Part shown: piece by piece, positions 18,682-28,420 of the stretch
How positions within the stretch are numbered: the first letter of the stretch is position 1
Layout of the letters: the number at the start of each line of letters is the position of its first letter
Assembly: GCA_038232055.1 (NCBI GenBank)
Contig: JBBSIN010000001.1
Coordinates: forward strand, 15,633-79,632
Direction of reading: 5' to 3'
From: Mycobacteriales bacterium
Lineage (GTDB): Bacteria > Actinomycetota > Actinomycetes > JADGOV01
Length of the DNA: 64,000 bases
Position numbers and translations under genes: made by a program
Notes under the pieces: model-generated
The model's input: only the letters and a program-made list of their open reading frames with translations
Databases searched by the model: none
What the model was told of the DNA's origin: nothing

Positions 18682-19476
18682 TCAGCGCCGTAGGCGCCGC
18701 AGTACACGCCGGGGGCGGTTCGTGATGATTGCGTCCACGCCCAGCGAGAGGCAGAGCTCCACGTCGTCGGGATCGTCGACAGTCCACACGTGTACGGCGC
18801 CGCCTCGGGCATGAACCCGGTCGACGTAGTGCGGATGACGGCGTACGACGGCGATCGACGGCCCGGCGATCGGCACCCGTGCCGGCAGCGAACCGTCGCG
18901 GTGGCGCACCGGCACCCAGCGCATGAGGAAGACGGTGGGCAACTCGGGCGCGAGCAGGTGTATTCGGCGCAGGCTCGTCGAGGAGAAGCTCATCACCCGG
19001 ACGTTGGCGCGGCCCGGCCGGGGACGATCCATCCCGAACTCCGCGAGCACGTCGACCAGCGCCCGCTCGACGAGGCCGGCGTACCGCGTCGGGTGCTTGG
19101 TTTCGATCGCCAGTTCCACCGGCCGCGCCGCCTCTTCGACGAGGCGCAGCAGCCGCTGGAGCGTCAGCACCTGCGTCCGGTCGCGGTCCGGCTCCTCCGG
19201 CTCGTCGTCTCGCGAGACCAAGCCCTCGGCATACCAGGACCCGAAGTCCAGCTCGGCGAGGTCGGCCAGCTCGAGTGTCGACACGACACCGCGCCCGTTG
19301 GACGTTCGGTCGATGCGCCGGTCATGGACGCACACGAGTACGCCGTCGCGGGTGAGCCGGACGTCGCACTCGAGCGCGCCGGAGCCCACGTCGATGGCCT
19401 GCCGGAAAGCGGCGAGCGTGTGCTCGGGCACCGCCTCGGAGGCCCCGCGATGCGCCACGACCTGCGGCACCGCCAT
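18682..19476 (-). CDS. glpQ: Glycerophosphodiester phosphodiesterase
   Basis: VVAHRGASEAVPEHTLAAF...ECDVRLTRDG..VCVHD (GP-PDE motifs). 264 aa. Confidence 0.75.
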   Translation of the reverse strand: MAVPQVVAHRGASEAVPEHTLAAFRQAIDVGSGALECDVRLTRDGVLVCVHDRRIDRTSNGRGVVSTLELADLAELDFGSWYAEGLVSRDDEPEEPDRDRTQVLTLQRLLRLVEEAARPVELAIETKHPTRYAGLVERALVDVLAEFGMDRPRPGRANVRVMSFSSTSLRRIHLLAPELPTVFLMRWVPVRHRDGSLPARVPIAGPSIAVVRRHPHYVDRVHARGGAVHVWTVDDPDDVELCLSLGVDAIITNRPRRVLRRLRR

Positions 19477-19532
19477 GACCGGTGAGTTCAGGACCGGCAC
19501 TGCTGCCCCCGTATGGGCAACGTCACGGGAAT

Positions 19533-20198
19533 CTACGGTAGTCGCCACTCCTCGCGGCCGTACGCCATGTCCCAGAAAAGAAGCTCGTAGCGGGCCGTCA
19601 GCCGAAAGTGCTCGTGCATGCGGTCCTCCTGGGGCGCCGAGACCGTAGACCCCACCTCGTCGGTCAGGCAGAGCACGTCGGCGACGACGTAGGCGAACTC
19701 CTCGCCGCTGTAGGTGTCGATCCAGCGTTGGTAGCGGGCGTCGGTCGAGCCGCGGCCGACCAGCTCGGCGCCGACCCGCTGGTAGATCCAGTAGCACGGC
19801 AAGACCGCGGCGAGCCCGTCCTCGAAGGAGCCGCCGTACGCCGTCGCGAGCAGATAGCTCGTGTATGCCCGGTTGGTCGGTGCGACCGGAGTGCGCTCGA
19901 CGTCCGCCGGGTCGAGCCCGAGCTCGGGCAGCAGCGACTCGTGCAGGGGCCGCTCGACGTCGAGCGCGCCCGCGGCGTGCCGGGCGAACATCGCCACCTG
20001 CCGCGGCTGGTAGGCCTTGGCGCCGACGACGGCCAGCGCGCGCGCGTAGTCGACGAGGTAGCGGGCGTCCTGCGCGACGTAGAACCCGAACGCGGCCGGG
20101 TCGAGGGTGCCGTCGCTCAGCCCGGTGAGGAACGGGTGCTCGAGGATCGCGGCGTACGTCGGCTCAATGCCGGCCCAGAGCCGCTGGGTCAGCGTCAC
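19533..20198 (-). CDS. tenA: TenA-family thiaminase II / aminopyrimidine aminohydrolase
   Basis: HPFLTGLSDGTLDPAAFGFYVAQDARYLVDYARALA. GTG 20198 overlaps the cytX stop. Confidence 0.8.
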   Translation of the reverse strand: MTLTQRLWAGIEPTYAAILEHPFLTGLSDGTLDPAAFGFYVAQDARYLVDYARALAVVGAKAYQPRQVAMFARHAAGALDVERPLHESLLPELGLDPADVERTPVAPTNRAYTSYLLATAYGGSFEDGLAAVLPCYWIYQRVGAELVGRGSTDARYQRWIDTYSGEEFAYVVADVLCLTDEVGSTVSAPQEDRMHEHFRLTARYELLFWDMAYGREEWRLP

Positions 20199-21562
20199 CT
20201 GGTGCGTCGTTCCAGCGGTGCCAGGGCGACCGTCGCGGCAGCCGCCACCATGAAGGAGAGCAGCGAGGCGCTCATCCAGGTCGCCGGGGCGAAGCCGACG
20301 GCGTCCGCCAGGCCGGTCCACCGGTCCCGCCACCATCCGATGTAGCCGGGGTTGACGAGCTGGTACGCCGCGAAGCCGAGCGCCCACGGCAAGATCATCA
20401 GCCAACGGGAGGGGGCGTGCTCGGAGACGTCCCACGAGCCGCTGCGGCGCAGCAGGTAGTAGTCGACGACGAAGACGGCGAACATCGGCACGAACACCGA
20501 GCCGAGCAGGACGAGGGAGTTGTAGTAGTCGCCGATGTCGAGGGTGAGCGCGGCCAGTGTGGCGAGCCCGCCGACCACCACGGCGAGCAGCCGGCGGTCG
20601 AGCAGCGGGCGCAGGTTCTGCACGGATACGACGGTCGAGTACGTGTCGGCAAAGCACTGGTCCAGCTCGCGCAGGACAAGGACGCCGAACGCCAGCCAGC
20701 CGACCGGCACGGCGATGAACGCGGCAAACACGTCGTGCTGCAGCACCCCGGCGTCGGCGCTCGCGCTGACCACCGTGGACAGCGCGATGAGCCCGAGCGC
20801 GTAGTAGGCGACCTGCGTGACGGCGTAGCCGCCGACCGCGCCGAGAAAGGCCGACCGCACGGTGCGCGAGTGTCGCGAGTAGTCGCTGGCGAGCGGGACC
20901 CAGGAGACCGCGACCGCGATCGCGAAGTCGGCAGCGAGCCAGAAGTCGCCCCAGGACCCCCTGGTCAGCGACGGCAGCGGGTTGCGGAGCAGCTGAACGT
21001 AGAGGTACGCCGTCGCGACGAGCACGGCACCCAGCGCGTACCGGCGGAGCACCCGGACCGCGCCGAGGGGTCGCAGCGCCATCAGCGTCGCGAGCGTCCC
21101 GGCCGCCACGACGTAGGGCCAGCGAGCGCCGTGCCACGGCAGCAGCTGCTGGGCCGCCGAGGTGATCACGACGATCTCGAAGATGGTCCAGCCGACGAGC
21201 TGCAGCACGTTGAGGACGGTCGGCAGGTACGACGCGCGCACCCCGAGCAGCCCCCGCAGCAGCACCATGGACGGTGCGCCGGTGCGCGCCCCCGGCACCG
21301 CGGCCAGCCCGATCAGCAGCGAGCCGAGGAGCGTGCCGACGACGAGCGCGACGAACGCCGCCACGAGTGAGAGCTGCGCGCCACCGGTCGGGGCGAGCAG
21401 GTAGATCGCGCCGACCGGCCCCAGCAGGCTGACCCCGAGGTTGCCCCAGAGCCCGAGCTGGTCGAGCAGGCTCAGCGTCCGCGGGGCCGGCTCGGCGAGG
21501 GTGTGCGGCGCCTCGGCGGCGCTGCGTCGGTTCCGGGTGTCCTGCTCGACGACAGTCGACAT
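20195..21562 (-). CDS. cytX: NCS1-family permease, putative hydroxymethylpyrimidine transporter CytX
   Basis: 455-aa protein with 12 TM segments, of the cytosine/purine permease type. Sits between a TPP riboswitch and tenA. Confidence 0.7.
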   Translation of the reverse strand: MSTVVEQDTRNRRSAAEAPHTLAEPAPRTLSLLDQLGLWGNLGVSLLGPVGAIYLLAPTGGAQLSLVAAFVALVVGTLLGSLLIGLAAVPGARTGAPSMVLLRGLLGVRASYLPTVLNVLQLVGWTIFEIVVITSAAQQLLPWHGARWPYVVAAGTLATLMALRPLGAVRVLRRYALGAVLVATAYLYVQLLRNPLPSLTRGSWGDFWLAADFAIAVAVSWVPLASDYSRHSRTVRSAFLGAVGGYAVTQVAYYALGLIALSTVVSASADAGVLQHDVFAAFIAVPVGWLAFGVLVLRELDQCFADTYSTVVSVQNLRPLLDRRLLAVVVGGLATLAALTLDIGDYYNSLVLLGSVFVPMFAVFVVDYYLLRRSGSWDVSEHAPSRWLMILPWALGFAAYQLVNPGYIGWWRDRWTGLADAVGFAPATWMSASLLSFMVAAAATVALAPLERRTR

Positions 21563-21563
21563 G

Positions 21564-21656
21564 CGCGCTCCCTACGCCGGCATTACCCGGACAGGTTCGG
21601 CGGTCGGCGACCCGGTCAATCGCCCTCTCAGCCCGGTCGGTCCGAGCTCCCGCGAA
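21564..21656 (-). promoter_or_regulatory. TPP (THI-box) riboswitch
   Basis: Minus-strand RNA ...ACCGGGCUGAGAGGGCGAUUGACCGGGUCGCCGACCGCCGAACCUGUCCGGGUAAUGCCGGCGUAGGGAGCGCGCAUG carries the canonical CUGAGA and ACCUG..CCGGGUAAUGCC..GGGA blocks. The SD-like GGGAG sits inside the closing helix, 7 nt from the AUG. Confidence 0.8.
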
Positions 21657-21681
21657 TGTCAGCCAGCGTACGCCGCGCCGG

Positions 21682-22578
21682 TCACGACCGGGTGACGCGG
21701 CGCAGCGCCCGAAGCCGCCCGTCCGCCACCGCGATGCCGACGACGACTACCCCGGCGCCGACGAAGTCGTTCCAGCCGATGTGCTCGCTGAGGACGGCGA
21801 CGCCCAGCGCCACCGCGACGAGCGGGACGACGTAGGTGACCGTCGACGCGCTGGTGGCGCCGATCTCGCCGATGAGCCCGTAGAAGATGATGTACGCGAT
21901 GCCGGTGCCCAGCGCGCCGAGGGCGAGTACCGCGAGGATGACCCGCAGCGAGAGCGTCGGCGCGCGCGTCGTCCAGAGCGGCACGGCGACGAGCAGCACC
22001 ACGGTCGCGCAGATCAGCTGGCCGAACGCGAGGGTGAGCGGCGAGTGACCCCGGCCGGACAGGAACCGCCGGGCATAGACGATGGCCACACCGTACGACG
22101 CGCCGGCCGCGAGGCAGGCCAGCTGCCCGAAGAGCGACGACCCGCCGACGCCGCGCCATGGCGCGATGACGACGACCACGCCGAGGAAACCGAGGACGAG
22201 CCCGGCGAGACGCCGGCGCGTCGGTCGCTCCTCCGGCAGCGCGGCCATCGCGACGAGCAGCGTGAACAGCGGTGTCGTCGCGTTGTAGATACCGGCGAGG
22301 CTCGACGCCACGCGCTGCTCGCCCCATGCGAACAGGAAGAACGGCAGCAGGTTGGCGACCAGGCTGACGACGGTGAGGTGCAGCCAGGTGCCGGCGTCTC
22401 GCGGCAGGCTTCCCCTGCGCGCGGCGACGATCGCGCCGAGGGCCGCCGTACCCAGCGCGATCCGGCCGAGCACGACCTGCATGGGCGCGAGACCCTCGAT
22501 CGAGACCTTGATCAGCAGGAAGCTGCAACCCCAGATCGCCGCGAGCAGCAGCAGTCGCAGCAGCGCGTTGACCGACAT
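21682..22578 (-). CDS. EamA/DMT-superfamily transporter
   Basis: 10-TM protein with duplicated EamA halves (LLAAIWGCSFLLIK...). The 5' extension of the track ORF is rejected. Confidence 0.7.
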   Translation of the reverse strand: MSVNALLRLLLLAAIWGCSFLLIKVSIEGLAPMQVVLGRIALGTAALGAIVAARRGSLPRDAGTWLHLTVVSLVANLLPFFLFAWGEQRVASSLAGIYNATTPLFTLLVAMAALPEERPTRRRLAGLVLGFLGVVVVIAPWRGVGGSSLFGQLACLAAGASYGVAIVYARRFLSGRGHSPLTLAFGQLICATVVLLVAVPLWTTRAPTLSLRVILAVLALGALGTGIAYIIFYGLIGEIGATSASTVTYVVPLVAVALGVAVLSEHIGWNDFVGAGVVVVGIAVADGRLRALRRVTRS

Positions 22579-22621
22579 CCGGCTCGGCGCCACAGCGCTG
22601 CGGGCCTCGGTCGCGGTCACG

Positions 22622-24208
22622 ATGTGGGACAACTCCGGTCTTCGGGGGCACCATTCCCCTGTGCCGGATGCTGTGATCGTCGGTGGTGGCCACAACGGGC
22701 TGGTCTGCGCCTGCTATCTGGCCCGTGCGGGCCTCGACGTGCTCGTGCTCGAGCAGTCCGGCAAGCTCGGCGGCGGCAGCCGCACCGACGAGTCCGTCCC
22801 CGGCTACCGCTTCGACACGCACTCGGTGGCTCACAACATTCTCAACATGACCGACATCCCGGCCGAGCTCCGGCTCGCCGCGGCTGGCCTGGAGTACGTC
22901 GAGATGGACCCCTTCTCGATCTCCGTCGGCGCCGACGGCGCCATCGTGCGGTTCTTCCGGTCGGTCGAGGCGACCGTCGAGTCGATCCGCGAGGTGGAGC
23001 CGGCCGACGCCGACCGCTACGCCGCCTGGATGCGCGACGCCCTGCCGCTGATCCGCTCGGTGGTCACCGGCGTCGAGGCGGGAGCGTCCCGCCGGCGCGC
23101 GCTCTCGCAGCTGCCGGGCCGGGCCGTCGCGGCGGCCCGGTCGCTTGCCCGATTCGGCGGCCCGCAGGGGCTCGGAGCAGCGCTCGCTGCGCCGTACGCC
23201 CGGGTGCTGGCAGAACGTCTCGGGTCGGAGCGGGTACGGGCGCCGGTGGCCGCGTTCGCGGCGCACACCTCGGCGTCGCCGGCCGCCGCGGGGAGTGCGC
23301 TGTTCGCCTACTGGCAGGCGGCCTATCACCTGTTCGGACAGTGGCACGCCCGCGGTGGCGCCCAAGGCCTGACCGACGCGCTGGCCAGGCGGCTCACGTC
23401 GTACGGCGGCTCCTGGCGGGTCGACGCCCCCGTGGCGCGGATCTGCCGGACCGGCGACCGGGTGACCGGTGTCGAACTGGAGTCCGGCGAGCGGGTTCTC
23501 GCGTCCACGGTCGTGACCGCGCTCGACCCTCGGACAGCGCTCCTCGACCTGCTCGACCCGCCGCTTGCCGGCGCGCCGGCCGACGAGCTGCGGGCGACGC
23601 ACTCCGGCAACGCGGTGCAGATGCTCGTGCACCTCGCGGTAGACCGGCTGCCGGCGTATCCCGGCGCCCGGCCCGGTGACTGGCACGGCCTGCAGTCCTA
23701 CGTCGACTCGGTCGACGGGCTCGCGGCCGGGTTCGCCGCAGCCGAGGACCGCCGGCTGCCCGAGGACCCGGTGCCGGCGTACGCGTTCACGACCTCCTCG
23801 CTCGACGACACGCTTGCACCGCCCGGCGGCCACACCGTCTACCTGGCGTGCCCGTGCGCGCCGTACCACGTGCGCGGCGGTTGGCCGGCGCAGGCCGAGC
23901 GCTTCGCGGCGCGGATGATCGACGTCGTGGAGTCGCGGGCTCCCGGTTTCCGGGCCTCGATCCAGGGCGGGGTCATCCGCACGCCGGCCGACATGGCCGC
24001 CGAGCTGCGCTGGCCGGGCGCACACCCGATGTACCTCGACATCTCGCTCGACCAGCTCGGCTTCCTCCGGCCGACCCGCTCCCTCGGCGGGCACGACACC
24101 CCCGTGGGGGGCCTGTTCGTCAGCGGCGCGGGCACCGCTCCGGTCGGCGGCATCGCCGGGTCGCCAGGGCGGGCCGCCGCGAAGGCGGTGCTGAAGCGCC
24201 GCGCGTAG
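22622..24208 (+). CDS. FAD-dependent oxidoreductase, phytoene-desaturase (CrtI/amine-oxidase) family
   Basis: DAVIVGGGHNGLVCACYLARAG dinucleotide-binding motif. C-terminal block ...VGGLFVSGAGTAPVGGIAGSPG. Confidence 0.65.
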   Translation: MWDNSGLRGHHSPVPDAVIVGGGHNGLVCACYLARAGLDVLVLEQSGKLGGGSRTDESVPGYRFDTHSVAHNILNMTDIPAELRLAAAGLEYVEMDPFSISVGADGAIVRFFRSVEATVESIREVEPADADRYAAWMRDALPLIRSVVTGVEAGASRRRALSQLPGRAVAAARSLARFGGPQGLGAALAAPYARVLAERLGSERVRAPVAAFAAHTSASPAAAGSALFAYWQAAYHLFGQWHARGGAQGLTDALARRLTSYGGSWRVDAPVARICRTGDRVTGVELESGERVLASTVVTALDPRTALLDLLDPPLAGAPADELRATHSGNAVQMLVHLAVDRLPAYPGARPGDWHGLQSYVDSVDGLAAGFAAAEDRRLPEDPVPAYAFTTSSLDDTLAPPGGHTVYLACPCAPYHVRGGWPAQAERFAARMIDVVESRAPGFRASIQGGVIRTPADMAAELRWPGAHPMYLDISLDQLGFLRPTRSLGGHDTPVGGLFVSGAGTAPVGGIAGSPGRAAAKAVLKRRA

Positions 24209-24227
24209 TGCTGCGAGACTCCCCGGC

Positions 24228-25667
24228 ATGACGACGCACTACGACATCATCGTCGTCGGTGCCGGCGCTGCCGGGCTGGCGGCGGCGCGGGCCGCGAAGA
24301 GCGCCGGCCGGTCGGTGGCGCTCGTGGAGGAGGCTCGCCCGGGAGGTGACTGCACGCACTACGGCTGCGTCCCGAGCAAGACCCTGATCGAGTCGGCGCG
24401 CCGCGTGCACGCCGCGTGCAGCGGCGAGGAGTACGGCTTCCGGGCCGACGTCGAGGTCGACTTCCCGGCGGTGATGTCCCGCGTGCGCGCGGCGATCGAC
24501 GCCATCGAGCAGGACGAGTCGCCGGCGCTGCTCGCGCGCCAGGGCATCGACCTCATCCGGGAGCACGCCCGCTTCGTCACCCCGGCCGCGGTCGAGGTCG
24601 ACGGCCGGCGGGTCTCGGCGGAGCGGTTCGTCCTCGCCACCGGCGGGGCCGCGACCGTCCCGCCCATCCCGGGGCTGCGCGAGTCGGCGTATCTCACCAA
24701 CCGCACGATCTTCGACCTGACCGAGCGACCGGAGCATCTCGTCGTCCTCGGCGGCGGACCGATCGGCAGCGAGCTCGCACAGGCCTTCCGCCGGCTGGGT
24801 TCCCGGGTGACGATCGTGCAGAGCGGGTCGCGGCTGGTCCCCAAGGACGAGCCGGAGGCGTCGCGCGTGCTGCGAACCGTGTTCGAGCGCGAGGGCGTGA
24901 CAGTGCTGACCGGCGCCGAGGCGGCCCGCGTATCGGCCGGACCGACCGTGCACCTCGCCGGGGGCGGGACGGTCACCGGGAGCCACCTCCTCGTCGCGCT
25001 CGGCCGGCACCCGGTCACCGACCGGCTCGAGCTCGACGTGGCCGGCGTCGAGCGTACGGAGCGAGGTCTCGTCCGGGTCGACGACTACCTCCGGACCACC
25101 GCGGAGCACATCTACGCGGTGGGTGACTGCGCCGCGCCGATGCAGTTCACGCACCTCGGTGACGAGCAGGGCCGCTTGGCGGCGCGCAACGCCTTCGCCC
25201 CCTCCGGCCGGCCGGGACTGCTCGGCGGCCGGACGAAGTGGCGGGCGGTCATCCCGTGGGTCACCTTCACCGAGCCCGAGGTCGCGCACGTGGGATGCAC
25301 CGAGGCCGAGGCATACCGGGCGTACGGCGACGACGCGCTCGTCTCGTACGTGCCGATGGCGTCGCAGGATCGGGCTCGGTGCGCCGGCGAGACCGACGGC
25401 TTCGTCAAGATGATCGCCGCGCCCCGCGCGCCGTACGTGTCGGCGCGGGCCCTCTACAAGCTGGTCGGCATGACCGCGGTCACGCCGGTGGCCGGCGAGA
25501 TGATTGCCGAGGGGGCACTCGCGGTGGCGACCGGCATGCTGGCCGGTCGCATCGCGCAGACCGTCCACGCCTACCCGACGTGGTCGCTCGCGACCAGGCT
25601 GGCCGCCGCGCAGCTCTTCGGCACGTGGGGCGGGCACACCGCCCGCCCCGCCCGACCCGACCGCTGA
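24228..25667 (+). CDS. Pyridine nucleotide-disulfide oxidoreductase (class I, redox-active CxxxxC)
   Basis: YDIIVVGAGAAG, GGDCTHYGCVPSK, a second Rossmann motif (VVLGGGPIGSE), and a C-terminal dimerisation domain. Confidence 0.75.
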   Translation: MTTHYDIIVVGAGAAGLAAARAAKSAGRSVALVEEARPGGDCTHYGCVPSKTLIESARRVHAACSGEEYGFRADVEVDFPAVMSRVRAAIDAIEQDESPALLARQGIDLIREHARFVTPAAVEVDGRRVSAERFVLATGGAATVPPIPGLRESAYLTNRTIFDLTERPEHLVVLGGGPIGSELAQAFRRLGSRVTIVQSGSRLVPKDEPEASRVLRTVFEREGVTVLTGAEAARVSAGPTVHLAGGGTVTGSHLLVALGRHPVTDRLELDVAGVERTERGLVRVDDYLRTTAEHIYAVGDCAAPMQFTHLGDEQGRLAARNAFAPSGRPGLLGGRTKWRAVIPWVTFTEPEVAHVGCTEAEAYRAYGDDALVSYVPMASQDRARCAGETDGFVKMIAAPRAPYVSARALYKLVGMTAVTPVAGEMIAEGALAVATGMLAGRIAQTVHAYPTWSLATRLAAAQLFGTWGGHTARPARPDR

Positions 25668-25689
25668 CCGAGGCCTGGGAGTAGCCCGC

Positions 25690-26553
25690 TTACTTGAGCA
25701 GGCGGGAAAGGCGGCGGTCGGCGAGCGGCTTGCCACCGGTCTGGCAGGTCGGGCAGTACTGGAGCGACTTGTCGGCGAACGACACCTCGCGGATCACGTC
25801 TGCGCAGACCGGGCACGGCTGGCCGGTACGGCCGTGCACCCGCAGCCCGACCTTCTTCTCCGCCTTGAGGTCGCCAGCCGCGAGCCCGCGCGCCCGCTCG
25901 ACCGCGTCTTCGAGCGACCCGACGAGGGCGGCGTGCAGCCGGCGTATGTCCTCGGTGCCGAGTGCGGTCGCGGGCTTGAACGGCGACAGCCGCGCCGCGT
26001 GCAGCACCTCGTCGGAGTACGCGTTGCCCACGCCGGCCAGCACCGACTGGTCGGTCAGCACGCCTTTCAGCTGGGCTCGCCCGGCCGCCGCGAGCAGCGC
26101 GGCGAGCGCGTCGACCGTGAACGCCGGGTCGAGCGGGTCGGTGCCGAGCCGCGCCACCCCCGGGACGATTCTGGGGTCGCGGACGACGTACGCGGCGAGC
26201 CGCTTCTGGGTGCCCGCTTCGGTGAGGTCGAAGCCGGAGCCGTCGTCGAGGTGCACCCGCAGCGCGAGCGGGCCCTTCCCGGGCCGCGGCGGGGCAGGTG
26301 CAAGCGCCTCCCGCCAGCGCAGCCAGCCGGCTCGGGCGAGGTGGAGCACGAGGTGTACGCCGTCGACGTCGAGATCGAGGAACTTCCCGTAGCGCGCCAC
26401 CCCGGTGACTATGAGGCCGTGCAGTGCCGTCACGGGCGGGTCGAAGGTCTTCAGCACGCTGATGGCCGCGACATCGACGCGTGCGACGACCCGCCCGACC
26501 AGGCGCTCCCGCAGGAACGCGGCGAGCGCCTCCACCTCGGGCAGCTCCGGCAT
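25690..26553 (-). CDS. Formamidopyrimidine/endonuclease VIII-family DNA glycosylase
   Basis: MPELPEVE N-terminus and a C-terminal zinc finger (CPVCADVI...CPTCQ). Confidence 0.8.
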   Translation of the reverse strand: MPELPEVEALAAFLRERLVGRVVARVDVAAISVLKTFDPPVTALHGLIVTGVARYGKFLDLDVDGVHLVLHLARAGWLRWREALAPAPPRPGKGPLALRVHLDDGSGFDLTEAGTQKRLAAYVVRDPRIVPGVARLGTDPLDPAFTVDALAALLAAAGRAQLKGVLTDQSVLAGVGNAYSDEVLHAARLSPFKPATALGTEDIRRLHAALVGSLEDAVERARGLAAGDLKAEKKVGLRVHGRTGQPCPVCADVIREVSFADKSLQYCPTCQTGGKPLADRRLSRLLK

Positions 26554-26640
26554 GGGTCCATTGTCGCGTGCCCTGCCCCGGAAACGGGCCGGGCCCGCCG
26601 CGAAGATCCGCGGCGGGCCCAGCTCCGGTGTGACTGTCGG

Positions 26641-28314
26641 CTATCGCAGCTCGACGTTGGTGAAGATGTCGGTTTCACCGATGCCGGTGCGGTTGATGGC
26701 CGTGAAGCGACCGTCGGTCCACACCGGGTAGACGTGGGTCCGGCTCACCGCGAGACCGTTGTAGTCCCCGATGAAGGCGCCGCTGGTGAAGAAGCCCCGG
26801 TCGGGGTTCCATGACGCCGTGCTGATCCGCCGGCTGCTCCAGGTCCGGCCGTTGTTGACCGAGTGGGCCTGCCACGTGTTGATGTTGTGGTTGGCCCGGT
26901 CCTGGCGCCGGTCGAACCAGATCGCGTAGAGGTGGCGGTTGCCGCCGCTCGCGATCCACGGGAAGAACTGGTCGTTACGGGCGGCCCCGTTCGGGGTCCG
27001 CGAGAGGACCCGCGAGTCCGACCAGTGCAGGCCGCCGTCTCGGGACTGCTGGTAGGAGATGTCGGCCTTCGAGCGCCGACGGTTGATGTTGTTCTGGTAG
27101 ACGTAGGTCAGCACGCCCGAGTCGTACGCCATGGAGATCGTGTTCGGCGCCCGGAAGGACGTCGGGGGCAGCGTGTCGTCGAGGCCGGCGTCGCGGAAGT
27201 CGCGGTACTGGCCACGCTTGTCGATCTGCACGGCATGCGGCAGGAACGTCCGACCGCCGTCCGACGACCGCTGGAAGAGCAGGTGCGGGTCGAAGGAGTC
27301 GTTGCAGTTCTCCGAGACGAACCCGACGTTCAACGTGCCGTCCGGTCCCACCACGGGGGTCGAGAACTGGTTGGCCGACGTACCGGTGCCATTGCCGCCC
27401 GGTCGGTCCGGCTGGATCTTGGTCTGCTGGAACGTGGTGAGGCTCGGGTTCGCCATGTTGACGGTGTCGGTGTAGCTCAGCTGGAGCGGGCAGTAGTCGC
27501 TGAAGCCGCTCGGCTGGACGTGGAACTTCGTGTAGGTGACGTAGAGCCGGCCGTAGTGCGGGCTAGTGGGCGTGTTGTCGACCGCAATGAGCTCCTTGTC
27601 ATTGAAGATCGAGTCGTCCTCCTCGCCCGTCGTGTAGTTGTAGTTCGACGCGGCAATCGCGGCCGCCCGGCCCGGCGTCCAGGTTCGGCCGTTGTCCTTG
27701 GACGCGTAGACCTGGACCTCAGAGTGCGCCAGCTCGCGGAAGAAACAGAGCTGGCTGAGGTAAAAGACGCGGTCCCGCTTGCTGTAGGCCAGCGCCGGGT
27801 CGCCGCCGCTGCAGAAGTCGCGTGTCGGGGCGAACTGCGGGATGACCGTCGTCGTGAGCCAGGTGTGGCCGCCGTCGAGCGTGCGCATGACCCGCACGCC
27901 ACCGCTCACGTAGTCGTTGGCGCCGGCCACCGCCACGTTCGGGTTGTCCAGGCTCGCGGCGACCGACGTCTCGTTCTGCGGCAGCGGCGGGTCGGAGTCG
28001 GTGTTCATCTGCACGTTCGACCCGAGGCCGGGGTGCGGCGCCGCCACGGACCCGCCTCCCGCCGCTGTGCCCCTCGACGATGTGCCAACGAGCGATGCGC
28101 GGTGGGCCGCCTGGGCGCGGGCCACCTCGGGCTGCGCCTGGGCGCGTACGCCGTTCGAGATGCCGCCCGGAAACTTCTGTACGTGCGTGAGCCAGCGCGG
28201 TGTGCTGGCGCTGCCGCCAGCCGGCGCGTTCGCGCCGGAGGCCTGCGGCGCCGTGGCGCCGACCAGGCCCGCGGCGGTCGTCGCCGCTGCTACCGCTACC
28301 ACCATTTTTCTCAT
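26641..28314 (-). CDS. Secreted BNR/Asp-box repeat protein (exo-alpha-sialidase-like beta-propeller)
   Basis: Signal peptide MRKMVVAVAAATTAAGLVGATAPQASG. Five S/T-x-D-x-G-x-T-W Asp-boxes (LDGGHTW, SKDNGRTW, SSDGGRTF, SRDGGLHW, VNNGRTW). Confidence 0.55.
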   Translation of the reverse strand: MRKMVVAVAAATTAAGLVGATAPQASGANAPAGGSASTPRWLTHVQKFPGGISNGVRAQAQPEVARAQAAHRASLVGTSSRGTAAGGGSVAAPHPGLGSNVQMNTDSDPPLPQNETSVAASLDNPNVAVAGANDYVSGGVRVMRTLDGGHTWLTTTVIPQFAPTRDFCSGGDPALAYSKRDRVFYLSQLCFFRELAHSEVQVYASKDNGRTWTPGRAAAIAASNYNYTTGEEDDSIFNDKELIAVDNTPTSPHYGRLYVTYTKFHVQPSGFSDYCPLQLSYTDTVNMANPSLTTFQQTKIQPDRPGGNGTGTSANQFSTPVVGPDGTLNVGFVSENCNDSFDPHLLFQRSSDGGRTFLPHAVQIDKRGQYRDFRDAGLDDTLPPTSFRAPNTISMAYDSGVLTYVYQNNINRRRSKADISYQQSRDGGLHWSDSRVLSRTPNGAARNDQFFPWIASGGNRHLYAIWFDRRQDRANHNINTWQAHSVNNGRTWSSRRISTASWNPDRGFFTSGAFIGDYNGLAVSRTHVYPVWTDGRFTAINRTGIGETDIFTNVELR

Positions 28315-28420
28315 TCGGCCACCCCTTCGGGCCTCGGACAGAGTGGCTCAAACCCTAGAACGTCCGAAACGTCCTGGCTAGGGGGGTGGCTAGGGGGTTG
28401 GGGCCATTTTGGCCGTGGAC

